A stretch of DNA of 64,000 nt. Origin: an uncultured virus (IMG/VR IMGVR_UViG_3300025085_003231). Lineage: Duplodnaviria; Heunggongvirae; Uroviricota; Caudoviricetes. Position 1 is the first letter of the stretch. Each line of letters opens with the position of its first letter. This document shows positions 19,350 to 28,552 of this stretch, piece by piece. The stretch lies in the IMG/VR virus record IMGVR_UViG_3300025085_003231; one strand, written 5' to 3'. The translations under genes and the position numbers were made by a program. The notes beneath the pieces are model-generated. The model worked only from the letters and a program-made list of their open reading frames with translations. It was not told where the DNA came from and did not search any database.

Positions 19350-20417
19350 TCAGTTGTCGCCCAGAAGCATACCAAGAGCCGATGCAGCAATAACGGAGCC
19401 AGCAGATAGTAGCATGAATCCAAGTCCAATCTTAGCACCAGTTTCAACAGGCTTTGCCAATTCAACTTGGTCAGCCCACATGATGTCATTTGGTGGAGAG
19501 GAAGCAGCACTCATTCCCGAATCGTCTTCCCACTGAACAATAGCGTTAGTGAGTGATTCAGCGTGGTGTGCAACCTTAGCGTCACCCAAGCCTCGGAATC
19601 CTACGGGTTTCTGTGACTTAGCGTTGCTTCGGCGGTCTTGACGGAGAGAGCGTCCCACATCAACATTAGAAATAAATTCGCCCTTAGCGTTGCGAGCCAC
19701 ATAGCGTTGGTTACCGTTCAACTTGTATCGGTTACGCTTGCCGTATTTCTGGGCTTCAAATGTTTCCGCAGCCTTGGTCTTACTGTAACCCTTACGCATT
19801 TTCTGTCCCATTTTCTTGTTATATTGAGAAGAACTCATAGGTCCGTAGACTTTAGGAGCATATCCAATACGACCGTAGCCGTTGAATCCGCCCATGTTGG
19901 AGTTAATGAAAACATGGAATTTGTTAGCGGAACCGCTGCGTTCAGTTAGATAAACTGGGTCGCCTTGGAAACGAACACCTGGATTTGCCGCACGAATAGC
20001 AGCCTTAACAGCCTCAATATCTTGACGGCCAGGTGGTAGTGATGCCATGGCTTCAAAAGTTTCAGCGTGTTTGTGGCCGTTAGCGTCACCCATACCACGC
20101 TTTCCTGCCTTAGCATAGCGAGTTGGTTTTGGTTCACGCTTGTCAGCAGCAAGGCTGCGTCCCATGTCTACATTGGAAATAAACTTTCCTTTGCTGTCAC
20201 GAGCAACATATCGGTAATTACCATTTAGTTTGTATCGGTTTCGGGTTCCATATTCGGCATTTTTTTCCATAGTTTCACTTCCATAGGTTTCAGCATCCAT
20301 GGTTTTAGTGCAAGACGCACAGAAAATGGATTCAGCATTCAGGTCATGCGAATTACAACCTGCACAATGTTGGTGAGAATCAGATTCTGCACTTTTACAT
20401 CCACAGGTGTTACACAT
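19350..20417 (-). CDS. AE-motif polyprotein: Cys mini-modules, two basic repeats, WGR-like module, C-terminal TM
   Basis: KSAE, LNAE, MDAE, KNAE, HAETFEA, AAETFEA, HHAE; duplicated RNRYKLNGNxRYVAR..GxFISNVDxGRSL; promoter at 20440-20446. Confidence 0.75.
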   Translation of the reverse strand: MCNTCGCKSAESDSHQHCAGCNSHDLNAESIFCASCTKTMDAETYGSETMEKNAEYGTRNRYKLNGNYRYVARDSKGKFISNVDMGRSLAADKREPKPTRYAKAGKRGMGDANGHKHAETFEAMASLPPGRQDIEAVKAAIRAANPGVRFQGDPVYLTERSGSANKFHVFINSNMGGFNGYGRIGYAPKVYGPMSSSQYNKKMGQKMRKGYSKTKAAETFEAQKYGKRNRYKLNGNQRYVARNAKGEFISNVDVGRSLRQDRRSNAKSQKPVGFRGLGDAKVAHHAESLTNAIVQWEDDSGMSAASSPPNDIMWADQVELAKPVETGAKIGLGFMLLSAGSVIAASALGMLLGDN

Positions 20418-20449
20418 AATAATAGTTAGGGCGTTTTGCTATTTAAGTT

Positions 20450-22789
20450 TTATTCCCATTCCGAGGCCCAGTAATCCTGACCCCACTTGTAATTCATTAA
20501 CATATCTGTAACAAAAACGGCACGAGAAGCGGCTTGTTGGTTGTCTGCTGAACCACTCATCAGTGCTTCAAAAGCAGCCATATTAGCAGCATCATTTAAT
20601 GATTGTAGCATTTCCACATCTGCGGATGAAATATGACTTTGTAAGGTATTTACAAAACTGGAATCCATCAATCGCATAGGCAAGTCATCATCGTTAATCA
20701 TAGAATTTACGAAATCAACAGTTTGTTCAGTGGTGTAGGTGGCCTCAATTGAAATTTCTGGGATGGCTTCGGGCTCCAGTTCCATAAAATCAGCGATGTC
20801 AATTTCTTCTACAAAACCTTTGGTGAATTTGCCTGAACTATCTCGGTTCTGAATTCTCCAAGATTTGGTTTCCGCAGAAAAATTCTGAGATAGCCTGTCA
20901 TTAGTGACTTGAGCGACTCGTGACCAATCTTCTATGCTGTCGGGTTGGAGTTCACGACTCACCTTGGCTAATTCCAGAGCAGGAGTAAAATCATCATTAG
21001 TTCCTGCGGTTCGTAATACCCGATTTCCCTTATCGTAAAAATTAAGGTTGTTAGCGACCACTGCTCCTCCGCCTACGACCTTTCCAAAGACACTACAACC
21101 ATAGTGCATGGTTCTTCCTAAAACACTCCATCCATTACGGTTACAATTGCGGTAGAAATTTGAGGCAGTGTCGGCTTCAAAGGATTCTGCTCCGTGATAG
21201 GTGGTGCATTTATCACAGTATTGTGTTCTATGTGCCTTACAAGGCCACGCTTCCAGGCTTTTACTAACTGATTTACACATCCTTAAAGCATCATCATAAG
21301 GTATGCCTAAGTTCTTCTCCATGCGTCTTGCAGTTTCCTCATCCGATTCTCCTTCAAAGGTTTCAGCCATAGCAGCCCAATCGGGTTTATCTCTTGACTG
21401 GCATTTTTGAGAACAATAACCGTTTCCAAACTCCACTATAACAGGTTTTGTGCAATAAGGTTTTACACATTTTGGGTATTTGGTTTCAGCAAGCATTTCT
21501 TTGAACCCATGGGATGAAATGTGTGACTTAATCCTCTTCTCTTCGGGACCACCACTAATAATAAACGAAGCATAGCCTCTCGGATTAACAGGGTCAAAAT
21601 TGAAATTATCATAAATCCAATTGTAATCATTTGTATCATTAGGATTTATCATGAAGGGTGAAGTATGATTAGAAGCATCAAAGTGAAATCTTAAGAAATA
21701 AAAAGCATTTTTCTTGCTTTTATCCTCATACATTACTTCTGTAATTAGAATCGGGCCACTTGCATAATCCTCTAATATGCCGTCAAATTCCCAATCTGTT
21801 CTACTTGATAAAGGAACTTTGCTTCCATCTTTGGGGTTTTGATAAGCGTATTCTCTTTCTTTGCGATTGTCTTTGTATATTTTATCCATTTCCTTAGAAG
21901 TTATGTGCAAATCATTAGCCCCTAAGCCATCATATTCGGGGTCTGCTTCAAAAGTTTCAGCATCCCAGACGCTATCTTCAAACCACAAACTCCCATAACT
22001 CACAATACTGCCTTCCTTGAATTGAGGCTCGTGAGGATATTCATTAAGGAAACATGAAAGACAACCTTGCTCATCACATTCACAAGGATTCAATTTCGTA
22101 TCTTCGTAGTAGTCTCGGTAATCTTTTTTACTCACCACAGAATAGGACTTTAGTTCTTCTCCATCCCCGAATCCACCCTCATTATCGTAAATGCCTTCGT
22201 AGAAAAGTTTAATATCGTCTTCGGCATCATAAGACATTTTATTTTCTCTCATGTATTGTCCTTCGCATCCATCGCCACAGAATTTATATTCTGAACTATC
22301 TCCCCACTTATTTACAATTGATGTGGTTTGTGTTGATGGTGATTCACAATTTTGACAGGAATCGCCTTCTGCGTTAAAATCTTCTTCTTCCATTAAATAA
22401 TCTACGGCTCTTTCAATAAGTGATTGACGGGCAGATGGCTTATCAGGGCCTTGTCCATAACTACTGATACGAGAGCGTCCATTATTGGGTAGTCCAAACA
22501 TTACATCTCCAAAGACAAAGGTTTCTCCATCTCGTTCCATAGAGTGATTGACATTAACCATTATAACTTCGTAATCTTCTTCCGCAGAAAATTCTTCGCT
22601 GGCAAAAATTGGGTTGGCTTCCAGCCACTGTTCCACAAACCATTTAGGAATCTCTACCTCTCCATGAATAATGTCTTCAAAGTATTGGTCTACCTCTATC
22701 TGACCCTCCCATTCGTCAGAGTCCTCTGAGTTGATTACTTCTTGCAAATATTCTGCGTAGGCATATCCTAATGATTTCATTCGTCCCAT
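20450..22789 (-). CDS. Large acidic AE-motif polyprotein with several Cys-rich modules
   Basis: FSAE, FNAE, YDAE, WDAETFEAD, MLAE, MAETFEGE, GAESFEAD, FSAE; GAGGTG RBS. Confidence 0.75.
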   Translation of the reverse strand: MGRMKSLGYAYAEYLQEVINSEDSDEWEGQIEVDQYFEDIIHGEVEIPKWFVEQWLEANPIFASEEFSAEEDYEVIMVNVNHSMERDGETFVFGDVMFGLPNNGRSRISSYGQGPDKPSARQSLIERAVDYLMEEEDFNAEGDSCQNCESPSTQTTSIVNKWGDSSEYKFCGDGCEGQYMRENKMSYDAEDDIKLFYEGIYDNEGGFGDGEELKSYSVVSKKDYRDYYEDTKLNPCECDEQGCLSCFLNEYPHEPQFKEGSIVSYGSLWFEDSVWDAETFEADPEYDGLGANDLHITSKEMDKIYKDNRKEREYAYQNPKDGSKVPLSSRTDWEFDGILEDYASGPILITEVMYEDKSKKNAFYFLRFHFDASNHTSPFMINPNDTNDYNWIYDNFNFDPVNPRGYASFIISGGPEEKRIKSHISSHGFKEMLAETKYPKCVKPYCTKPVIVEFGNGYCSQKCQSRDKPDWAAMAETFEGESDEETARRMEKNLGIPYDDALRMCKSVSKSLEAWPCKAHRTQYCDKCTTYHGAESFEADTASNFYRNCNRNGWSVLGRTMHYGCSVFGKVVGGGAVVANNLNFYDKGNRVLRTAGTNDDFTPALELAKVSRELQPDSIEDWSRVAQVTNDRLSQNFSAETKSWRIQNRDSSGKFTKGFVEEIDIADFMELEPEAIPEISIEATYTTEQTVDFVNSMINDDDLPMRLMDSSFVNTLQSHISSADVEMLQSLNDAANMAAFEALMSGSADNQQAASRAVFVTDMLMNYKWGQDYWASEWE

Positions 22790-22944
22790 GTCTTCACCTC
22801 AAAACTATCGCATAACTGCTTGGCATTAACGGAGAAATCGTATTGAATACAGTGGTTATTCTCAAACCACTTGCAAATACCACAACTGTTGGGTTGCCTT
22901 GCCGTAAGTTGCACCGCTTCTCTAAGGTTTGGCGGCGACTCCAT
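22777..22944 (-). CDS. Small 55 aa four-Cys protein absent from the ORF track (MESPPNLREAVQ..CGICKWF..C..C)
   Basis: Read by hand; promoter at 22967-22973 is 22 nt from the ATG. Confidence 0.75.
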   Translation of the reverse strand: MESPPNLREAVQLTARQPNSCGICKWFENNHCIQYDFSVNAKQLCDSFEVKTWDE

Positions 22945-22982
22945 ACCTTAATATGAGTCGTTTTGCTATTTCAACCTTGCGT

Positions 22983-24341
22983 TCAACCATAGAGGTTGTC
23001 CGTGGTTTCAGTAATGCCTCGTTCCTTTTTAGACATCTTTCTTTGATTCAGCAGGATTTCCAAGGCTTGTTCCATGTGGGTCTGAAGAATTTTAGTTTTG
23101 GATTCATCAAAATCAGAATCTTCAAAAGCCAGCATGAAAGCATTTTGAACTAACTCTTGGAGATACGCTCCAGAAAAATTATCTGTGCGCTTGACAATCT
23201 GCTTCAAGTTAATTTTGGCTTGGAAAGGTTCTAAATACTTTTCCAAAATCTCCTTGCGGGCTTCTGGTTTTGGATAACCGAACTCAATTCTGCTATCAAA
23301 CCTTCCAGGTCTGTCGGCCAAAGCCCAATCCAAATGTTGGGGATAGTTAGTTGTGGCTAAGGTGATAACTCCTGTGTTGCGTTCTACACCCGAAAGAGCA
23401 TTCAAAAATTCTCCGAGTAGTGGGTGGTCGTGAACTTCTCGGCGGTCTAATCCTCCGAGTGTGTCAATATCTTCAATAATAACCAGCGTGGGTGCTAAAT
23501 GGCGAGCCATTTTATAGAGTCGTGTGATTTGTCCTTCTTGTTTGATAGCATCTCGGGAGGCGTAAATGGTGGTAATATTGGTATTATTCATGACCACATT
23601 ACAGCACAAGGTTTTTCCTGTTCCTGGTGGGCCTGAAATCAAAACACCACGGGATGCACGAAGATTTTTAGCACGATAAACTTCCATGTGTGGGACAAAG
23701 TTAATGATGTGTCGGTTTAACAATTCTGTGGAGTCATCATCTACGATAATGTCTTGCCATCCAGCACCTGGAACATCTAAGAAACGGAAATCTGCGGTGA
23801 ATTTAGAGCCTTTCAATAGACCTTTTGTGTTGAAGTGAAGTTGCACTTTATCCCACAATTCTGTGTAGCGGTTTCCGTATTTTTGGTTGGTTTCAAAGTA
23901 GAATTTAATATCAATTTCATACTGGTCATAAGGCCAAAAAGAAACCACCAGTGGGTGTGAATCTTCTCGGTGTTGCAAAAAGAGAGAGAGTTTGTAAGGA
24001 ATCTTAAATTTTTCTCCGTTAAAGACTTCTTCGTTCCAAATAGGAGGAGTTTCAGCATTCCCATATTTGTGATTTTCTACCTTAATGGTTTCATACTCTT
24101 CTTCTAAAATCTGCATCAAGGAATACGCCCACATGATATATTCTCTTCCAGAATAGTCTCGGTGTTTGACTTCTAAGTTGTTGATGTCTGTTTGGAAAAA
24201 ATCAGAAATAGAGGCATCCATCTGGTCGGTCTTTTCAATTGAGTCGCTAAGATACTGCAACATATCTTTGAGTGGTTCAGTGGGTATTGAAATAGGTCCC
24301 ATTGGGGAAGTGATTTCAAGATTTGTAGGCATTGCGGTCAT
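22983..24341 (-). CDS. Classical AAA ATPase (FtsH/CDC48/PAN-like domain) ending in LYG
   Basis: GPPGTGKT, IIEDID, TTNYP..LD.AL.DRPGRFD, FSGA. Start at ATG 24341 by promoter spacing. Confidence 0.9.
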   Translation of the reverse strand: MTAMPTNLEITSPMGPISIPTEPLKDMLQYLSDSIEKTDQMDASISDFFQTDINNLEVKHRDYSGREYIMWAYSLMQILEEEYETIKVENHKYGNAETPPIWNEEVFNGEKFKIPYKLSLFLQHREDSHPLVVSFWPYDQYEIDIKFYFETNQKYGNRYTELWDKVQLHFNTKGLLKGSKFTADFRFLDVPGAGWQDIIVDDDSTELLNRHIINFVPHMEVYRAKNLRASRGVLISGPPGTGKTLCCNVVMNNTNITTIYASRDAIKQEGQITRLYKMARHLAPTLVIIEDIDTLGGLDRREVHDHPLLGEFLNALSGVERNTGVITLATTNYPQHLDWALADRPGRFDSRIEFGYPKPEARKEILEKYLEPFQAKINLKQIVKRTDNFSGAYLQELVQNAFMLAFEDSDFDESKTKILQTHMEQALEILLNQRKMSKKERGITETTDNLYG

Positions 24342-24371
24342 ACAGTTAAGTTGTGACATTACCTATATGAA

Positions 24372-25325
24372 TCAAAGCGCACTCAATCCCGAACTATTAA
24401 ATACCTGTGAGTCACTAAATGTAGTTAATAGCCAATACCAATGCTCGCCATTATTACGATACGACTCTCCATAGCGATTCTCAAATCCTGGGAGTTGAGA
24501 TACTGCTTCGGGAGACAACTGTAAAAATATTTGATGCTCTTTTTGTTCGTGAATAGCCCGAATCAACTCGTTAGTGTTTCCTTGGTGTGCCGCAGTTTGT
24601 ATGCCTCCTGCGGTGGTTTGTTCGTCGTGACAATGATAATAACCTATCAAATCGGGCTCATAACTCAAACGATACAAGTCATCAGATTCCAAGGGATTAC
24701 CCATCAAACGCTGCCACAAATCAGTATCTTCGCCAAAGAACAAATTTTCATCAAATCCTCCGATGTTTTCAAATCTTGAACGGCGAATGATGCAAGCCGA
24801 AGTCATGATTGGTCTTAATGCTGCAAAGAAATAATCTTGTCCACGCTCCCAATTATTCTGAAACTTATTCCAGTCTTCAGGAGGGAGGAATCCTGCCAAT
24901 CTTTCCGTAGAATAGGAGTCGCCTGACTGTCCGACAAGTGTTTTGGTAACATTCATTACACCCCACCACAGAACTTGTTCTGAAGGGCGGGCAGGTAGGT
25001 CTAAAGAAGCCCATAACAAGCGTTCACTATACCATTTATCGTCGGAATCTAAGAAGGCTAAATAAGGACGAGAACCTTGAGATATGGCTTGGTTTCTGGC
25101 TTGAGATACACCTGTTCCTGATTGGCGTAAAAAGTGGAATTTAATTTCTGAGTCAGCAAACTCTTGATAAACGGCGTTAATGGAATCATAGCGTTCGTGG
25201 TCTTCGGGAGTCCCATCTACTACCCACACTTCAAAATCTTTGAAGGCTTGTTGATGCAAAGAAGTTAAACAAGTGCGAACCAATTCTGGCTGGGTCTTGA
25301 AAACAGGAACGATAACATCAAACAT
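24372..25325 (-). CDS. Glycosyltransferase family 2
   Basis: DVIVPVF, VVDG, GVSQARN, AFLDSDD, GGFDE, EDTDL. Confidence 0.9.
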   Translation of the reverse strand: MFDVIVPVFKTQPELVRTCLTSLHQQAFKDFEVWVVDGTPEDHERYDSINAVYQEFADSEIKFHFLRQSGTGVSQARNQAISQGSRPYLAFLDSDDKWYSERLLWASLDLPARPSEQVLWWGVMNVTKTLVGQSGDSYSTERLAGFLPPEDWNKFQNNWERGQDYFFAALRPIMTSACIIRRSRFENIGGFDENLFFGEDTDLWQRLMGNPLESDDLYRLSYEPDLIGYYHCHDEQTTAGGIQTAAHQGNTNELIRAIHEQKEHQIFLQLSPEAVSQLPGFENRYGESYRNNGEHWYWLLTTFSDSQVFNSSGLSAL

Positions 25326-25358
25326 AATGTTTTTGGGAGTTGCCTCCTATATGAATCT

Positions 25359-26300
25359 TTACAAATTCATAATTTCCCATTCATCACGAGAGATGATGTT
25401 GAAAGTCATACCTTGGTTGAGTTGATAGCGATTGCGGGCTCCTTCATCTCGTTGAAACATTTGGAAAGTTTTCTTCCAAGAGTGGGGCAGTGTGGCTAAA
25501 AACTCCTCTGTTATGTGACAATCACTGTGGCGAGCCAAAAGCAATTCAGAAACCTGAGTCATAATTTCTGGGTCTTGGCTAAGGTTTCCTAATTGTCCTT
25601 CCCAGTGATTTTTGATAACCAATGGACTGTCTACGGATAAACAACGAACTTGGTAGTCAGCCTTGACCCATTGAAGCATGAGTTCGGTATCTTCGGCCAG
25701 ACGAAACTCAGGAGAAAACTGGTGGGAGTCTACACATTTTCTGCGACACATTAGCCCTGAAAAGTATGCCGCAGCACGGAACCAAAAATGCTTTTGTAAT
25801 TCACGGGGCAAGAAGTTGAGGATTTCATAACACTGCAAGTGATTGTGCATAATTTTCTGCATACCAATTTCAGCAGGAATGCCTAAGCGTTGTAACTCCA
25901 ACAAATGGGTGGAACTAACGCTGCTCAGAATTTCTGTGACCCAAATATCGGCTTCTTGAGTTTCCAATGCTTGTGACATCAAAGTCAGATACAAAGGATG
26001 CCACAAATCATCAGAATCTAAAAAGGCAACTAATGGATTGGAACTGGATTCTAACAATTGATTACGGGCGGCGGCCACACCACCTTCTTTAGTTTGTCGC
26101 TGATAGTTCCAACGAGAACCAAATGCCTCAGAATATTCGGCTAACAGTTGCTGATACGAGTCCCAACGAATCCAATCTTCGGGAGTATCGTCACATATCC
26201 ATAATTGAAAATCTTGCGTTGATTGATTTAGAACGGAGTCTAAAGTGTCTCGCAATAAGTTGAGAGGGGTGGAGCGAATCGGCATGATAATATCAATCAT
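25359..26300 (-). CDS. Glycosyltransferase family 2
   Basis: DIIMP, ICDD, GVAAARN, AFLDSDD, AEDTEL; start at 26300 by promoter spacing. Confidence 0.88.
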   Translation of the reverse strand: MIDIIMPIRSTPLNLLRDTLDSVLNQSTQDFQLWICDDTPEDWIRWDSYQQLLAEYSEAFGSRWNYQRQTKEGGVAAARNQLLESSSNPLVAFLDSDDLWHPLYLTLMSQALETQEADIWVTEILSSVSSTHLLELQRLGIPAEIGMQKIMHNHLQCYEILNFLPRELQKHFWFRAAAYFSGLMCRRKCVDSHQFSPEFRLAEDTELMLQWVKADYQVRCLSVDSPLVIKNHWEGQLGNLSQDPEIMTQVSELLLARHSDCHITEEFLATLPHSWKKTFQMFQRDEGARNRYQLNQGMTFNIISRDEWEIMNL

Positions 26301-26331
26301 AATGATGGTTAATACCGCCACCTATTTGAAA

Positions 26332-27036
26332 CTAACCAAACAATGAGCCTAATCCTTCAAAACCTAAGTTATCTTCAACATAAGAGACATAACTTTTTAT
26401 CAACACAATACAAAAAGATTGCCAAACCGTTTCATACACATCAGCATCAAATTGATAAACACCATCCTTGAAATTGTGGGCTACGATAATAGATTCGGGG
26501 CTACTGACACCAAATAGTTCGCCTCCAATGCCTAAGAAAGCGAGTATTGCTTGTGAAAAATGGTTCGTTAAGATTCCTGGTCCGATTCCTTCAAAAGTGA
26601 TATTTGGTTGTCGGCCCATCCCTATGTCTTTTAACCACGAAAAGAATTGGTCTTTCATGTCTACGGATTTTTCTCTGCTCTGGTCAGCAATTGTCAAATA
26701 ACGAACTCTAAGAGATGGCTGGTTCAATTGAAACCAGCGTTCCATTTCAGAATAAACTGCTGTTTGGAAATAAGAAAATGCTCTCCAGTCATCCATGAAT
26801 TGGGATTGAGCCCACTTTAACATAGCCTTTTCAAAAAAATCAAAATATTCATCATCTGCTAAATCTTTTTTCTCACCTGTGGATGTAAAAGCCTCTCCGA
26901 TACTTGTTTGTCGTGAATACTTTTCCAAATTATCCTCGCTGATAAAATTTTGCAGAAATTGACCAAATGGTGCAAATGTTTGCCAAAAGTCTGGCATTGA
27001 AGGTCGTTGTAGCCAATTGATAGGAGTCGGCAACAT
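26332..27036 (-). CDS. Hypothetical protein
   Basis: Start at 27036 by promoter 27059-27065. Confidence 0.7.
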   Translation of the reverse strand: MLPTPINWLQRPSMPDFWQTFAPFGQFLQNFISEDNLEKYSRQTSIGEAFTSTGEKKDLADDEYFDFFEKAMLKWAQSQFMDDWRAFSYFQTAVYSEMERWFQLNQPSLRVRYLTIADQSREKSVDMKDQFFSWLKDIGMGRQPNITFEGIGPGILTNHFSQAILAFLGIGGELFGVSSPESIIVAHNFKDGVYQFDADVYETVWQSFCIVLIKSYVSYVEDNLGFEGLGSLFG

Positions 27037-27068
27037 GGTTTTTCCTCGGATACCCACCTATTTAATGT

Positions 27069-27260
27069 TTAGGGTTGATGTAGTGCTGAAGCAATTAGAT
27101 TACTTCCCACATTTAACATCACAACTCCGCCTAAAACACCCATGCCATATGACAAAACAGGTGCTTTATTACGATTTACCAAGAGCAAATTCAAATGAAA
27201 TGCTGATACGGCCAATCCTGCTGTGATAAAACCGATACCCAGTTTGGCATCACGCTTCAT
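27069..27260 (-). CDS. Small membrane protein (2 TM)
   Basis: Hydrophobic Gly-rich segments; ATGA coupling. Confidence 0.65.
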   Translation of the reverse strand: MKRDAKLGIGFITAGLAVSAFHLNLLLVNRNKAPVLSYGMGVLGGVVMLNVGSNLIASALHQP

Positions 27261-27556
27261 ACTGATTCCTCTATGGCATCAGTCAATTCTAACAGAGATT
27301 GCCTCAAATCATAACATTCATCTAAGTTCCAACGCTTTTTCAGTTTTTCCGTAGTGTAGCCTACGATGAGGCTGGTTGCTACGGCCACAGTGCAGAGGTT
27401 AAACAATTCTTGACCCGAAGGAATTCTGATATTCTTGAATAAACCTGGGATTGTTCCATTAGACTTGCCCAGTGAATACATCACTACGCCTTGGATAAGG
27501 TCAGAGGCGCATAAAACACCAAACAGAACCAAAGAACTTTTCAGTTTAGGGTGCAT
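27257..27556 (-). CDS. Small membrane protein (2 TM)
   Basis: TGATG coupling; hydrophobic segments. Confidence 0.65.
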   Translation of the reverse strand: MHPKLKSSLVLFGVLCASDLIQGVVMYSLGKSNGTIPGLFKNIRIPSGQELFNLCTVAVATSLIVGYTTEKLKKRWNLDECYDLRQSLLELTDAIEESV

Positions 27557-27750
27557 CACGCTTTCCCTCCTGAGTGAATTGCTACATAGCCACCGATTGC
27601 AACTCCGACTCCAGCCATAGCCAAAGCAGGAACAATCTGAATCACACTAACATTAGCGGGAACAAAGAGATATTGACCTACTCCCCAGCCAACAACGAAT
27701 CCCGTTAAGGCTCCGAGTTGGATTTTGCGAGCGTCGGCTTCTAATCCCAT
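27556..27750 (-). CDS. Small membrane protein (2 TM, GxxxG-rich)
   Basis: LGALTGFVVGWGVG and AMAGVGVAIGG; likely start at ATG 27750. Confidence 0.65.
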   Translation of the reverse strand: MGLEADARKIQLGALTGFVVGWGVGQYLFVPANVSVIQIVPALAMAGVGVAIGGYVAIHSGGKA

Positions 27751-27857
27751 GTAGTTCACATTCCTGTCGCAGAACCTTACGGCCCCCAGAATCATTGTCA
27801 CGGCCTAACCGTGTCTCATCTGAGGGCTAAGGCCCACATTTCACCAGTTTAGCGAAC
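27751..27857 (-). other. GC-rich intergenic segment with predicted hairpins downstream of the capsid-like genes
   Basis: GGCCTTAGCC..GGTTAGGCC and GGGGCC-GTAA-GGTTCT (GNRA loop). Confidence 0.4.
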
Positions 27858-28508
27858 TCACATTCCTTGAGCGGAAAGGAGTGAACGCTTATACCAGTCC
27901 ACATTTCCTGGGTTGATGGAGATACCCATTTCCAACAACTTGTTGGCGATGAGTGCATCAGGACCGTCGTAAAGAGTGTATTTGGTGAATGCGTAGTGGT
28001 CTACTCCGCTTGCTGCTCCCCAAGAACCTGCGTTGAAAGCAGTGTAAAGGATGTCCCAAACTTGTCCTGGCAACACATATACATCAGGGTATAGGTTGAA
28101 GGAAGGCTGGAAATCAAGGGAACGAGGGTAAGGACTGGCCGAACCTGGGATACCTTGGTTTGCAACATTGTCTGGGTCAAGGAAGTAGTCCGTGGTGTTG
28201 ATACGAACTTGCACATAGGCACGAGGACCGAGTGTTCCGTTTCCTGGGGTGAAATCACCAAGTTGTCCTCGGTAATCTGTTGAGACAGTAGCCGCAGTTG
28301 CAGTTGCTGGCAGAGTTGGTGTGCAAGCAATGTCTTCAATGACAACGAATTCTGTGGCGGTTGTTTCTGCTGGCTTGGTAATGTTGTTACCGAATCCACC
28401 GATAAAGATAGAAACTGCTCGTCCCGCTTGCGCTGCGACGAAGTTGTTTGCGGTTACACCATTTGGCCCGAGGCCGTTCCATTCATAAATTTGACTTCTC
28501 ATACTCAT
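27858..28508 (-). CDS. Putative major capsid protein 2 (beta-rich, possibly single jelly roll)
   Basis: 216 aa tandem paralog of the next gene; beta-strand pattern plus C-terminal helices; AAGTGATTATTATG start context. Confidence 0.6.
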   Translation of the reverse strand: MSMRSQIYEWNGLGPNGVTANNFVAAQAGRAVSIFIGGFGNNITKPAETTATEFVVIEDIACTPTLPATATAATVSTDYRGQLGDFTPGNGTLGPRAYVQVRINTTDYFLDPDNVANQGIPGSASPYPRSLDFQPSFNLYPDVYVLPGQVWDILYTAFNAGSWGAASGVDHYAFTKYTLYDGPDALIANKLLEMGISINPGNVDWYKRSLLSAQGM

Positions 28509-28552
28509 AATAATCACTTTCCATAGTTAGTTTTCCCAAAGGAACCCCGAAC

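Noticed and set aside
27751..27857. tRNA or hammerhead ribozyme
   Set aside because: No cloverleaf with a properly placed T-loop and no CUGAUGA/GAAA core; kept only as a possible structured element
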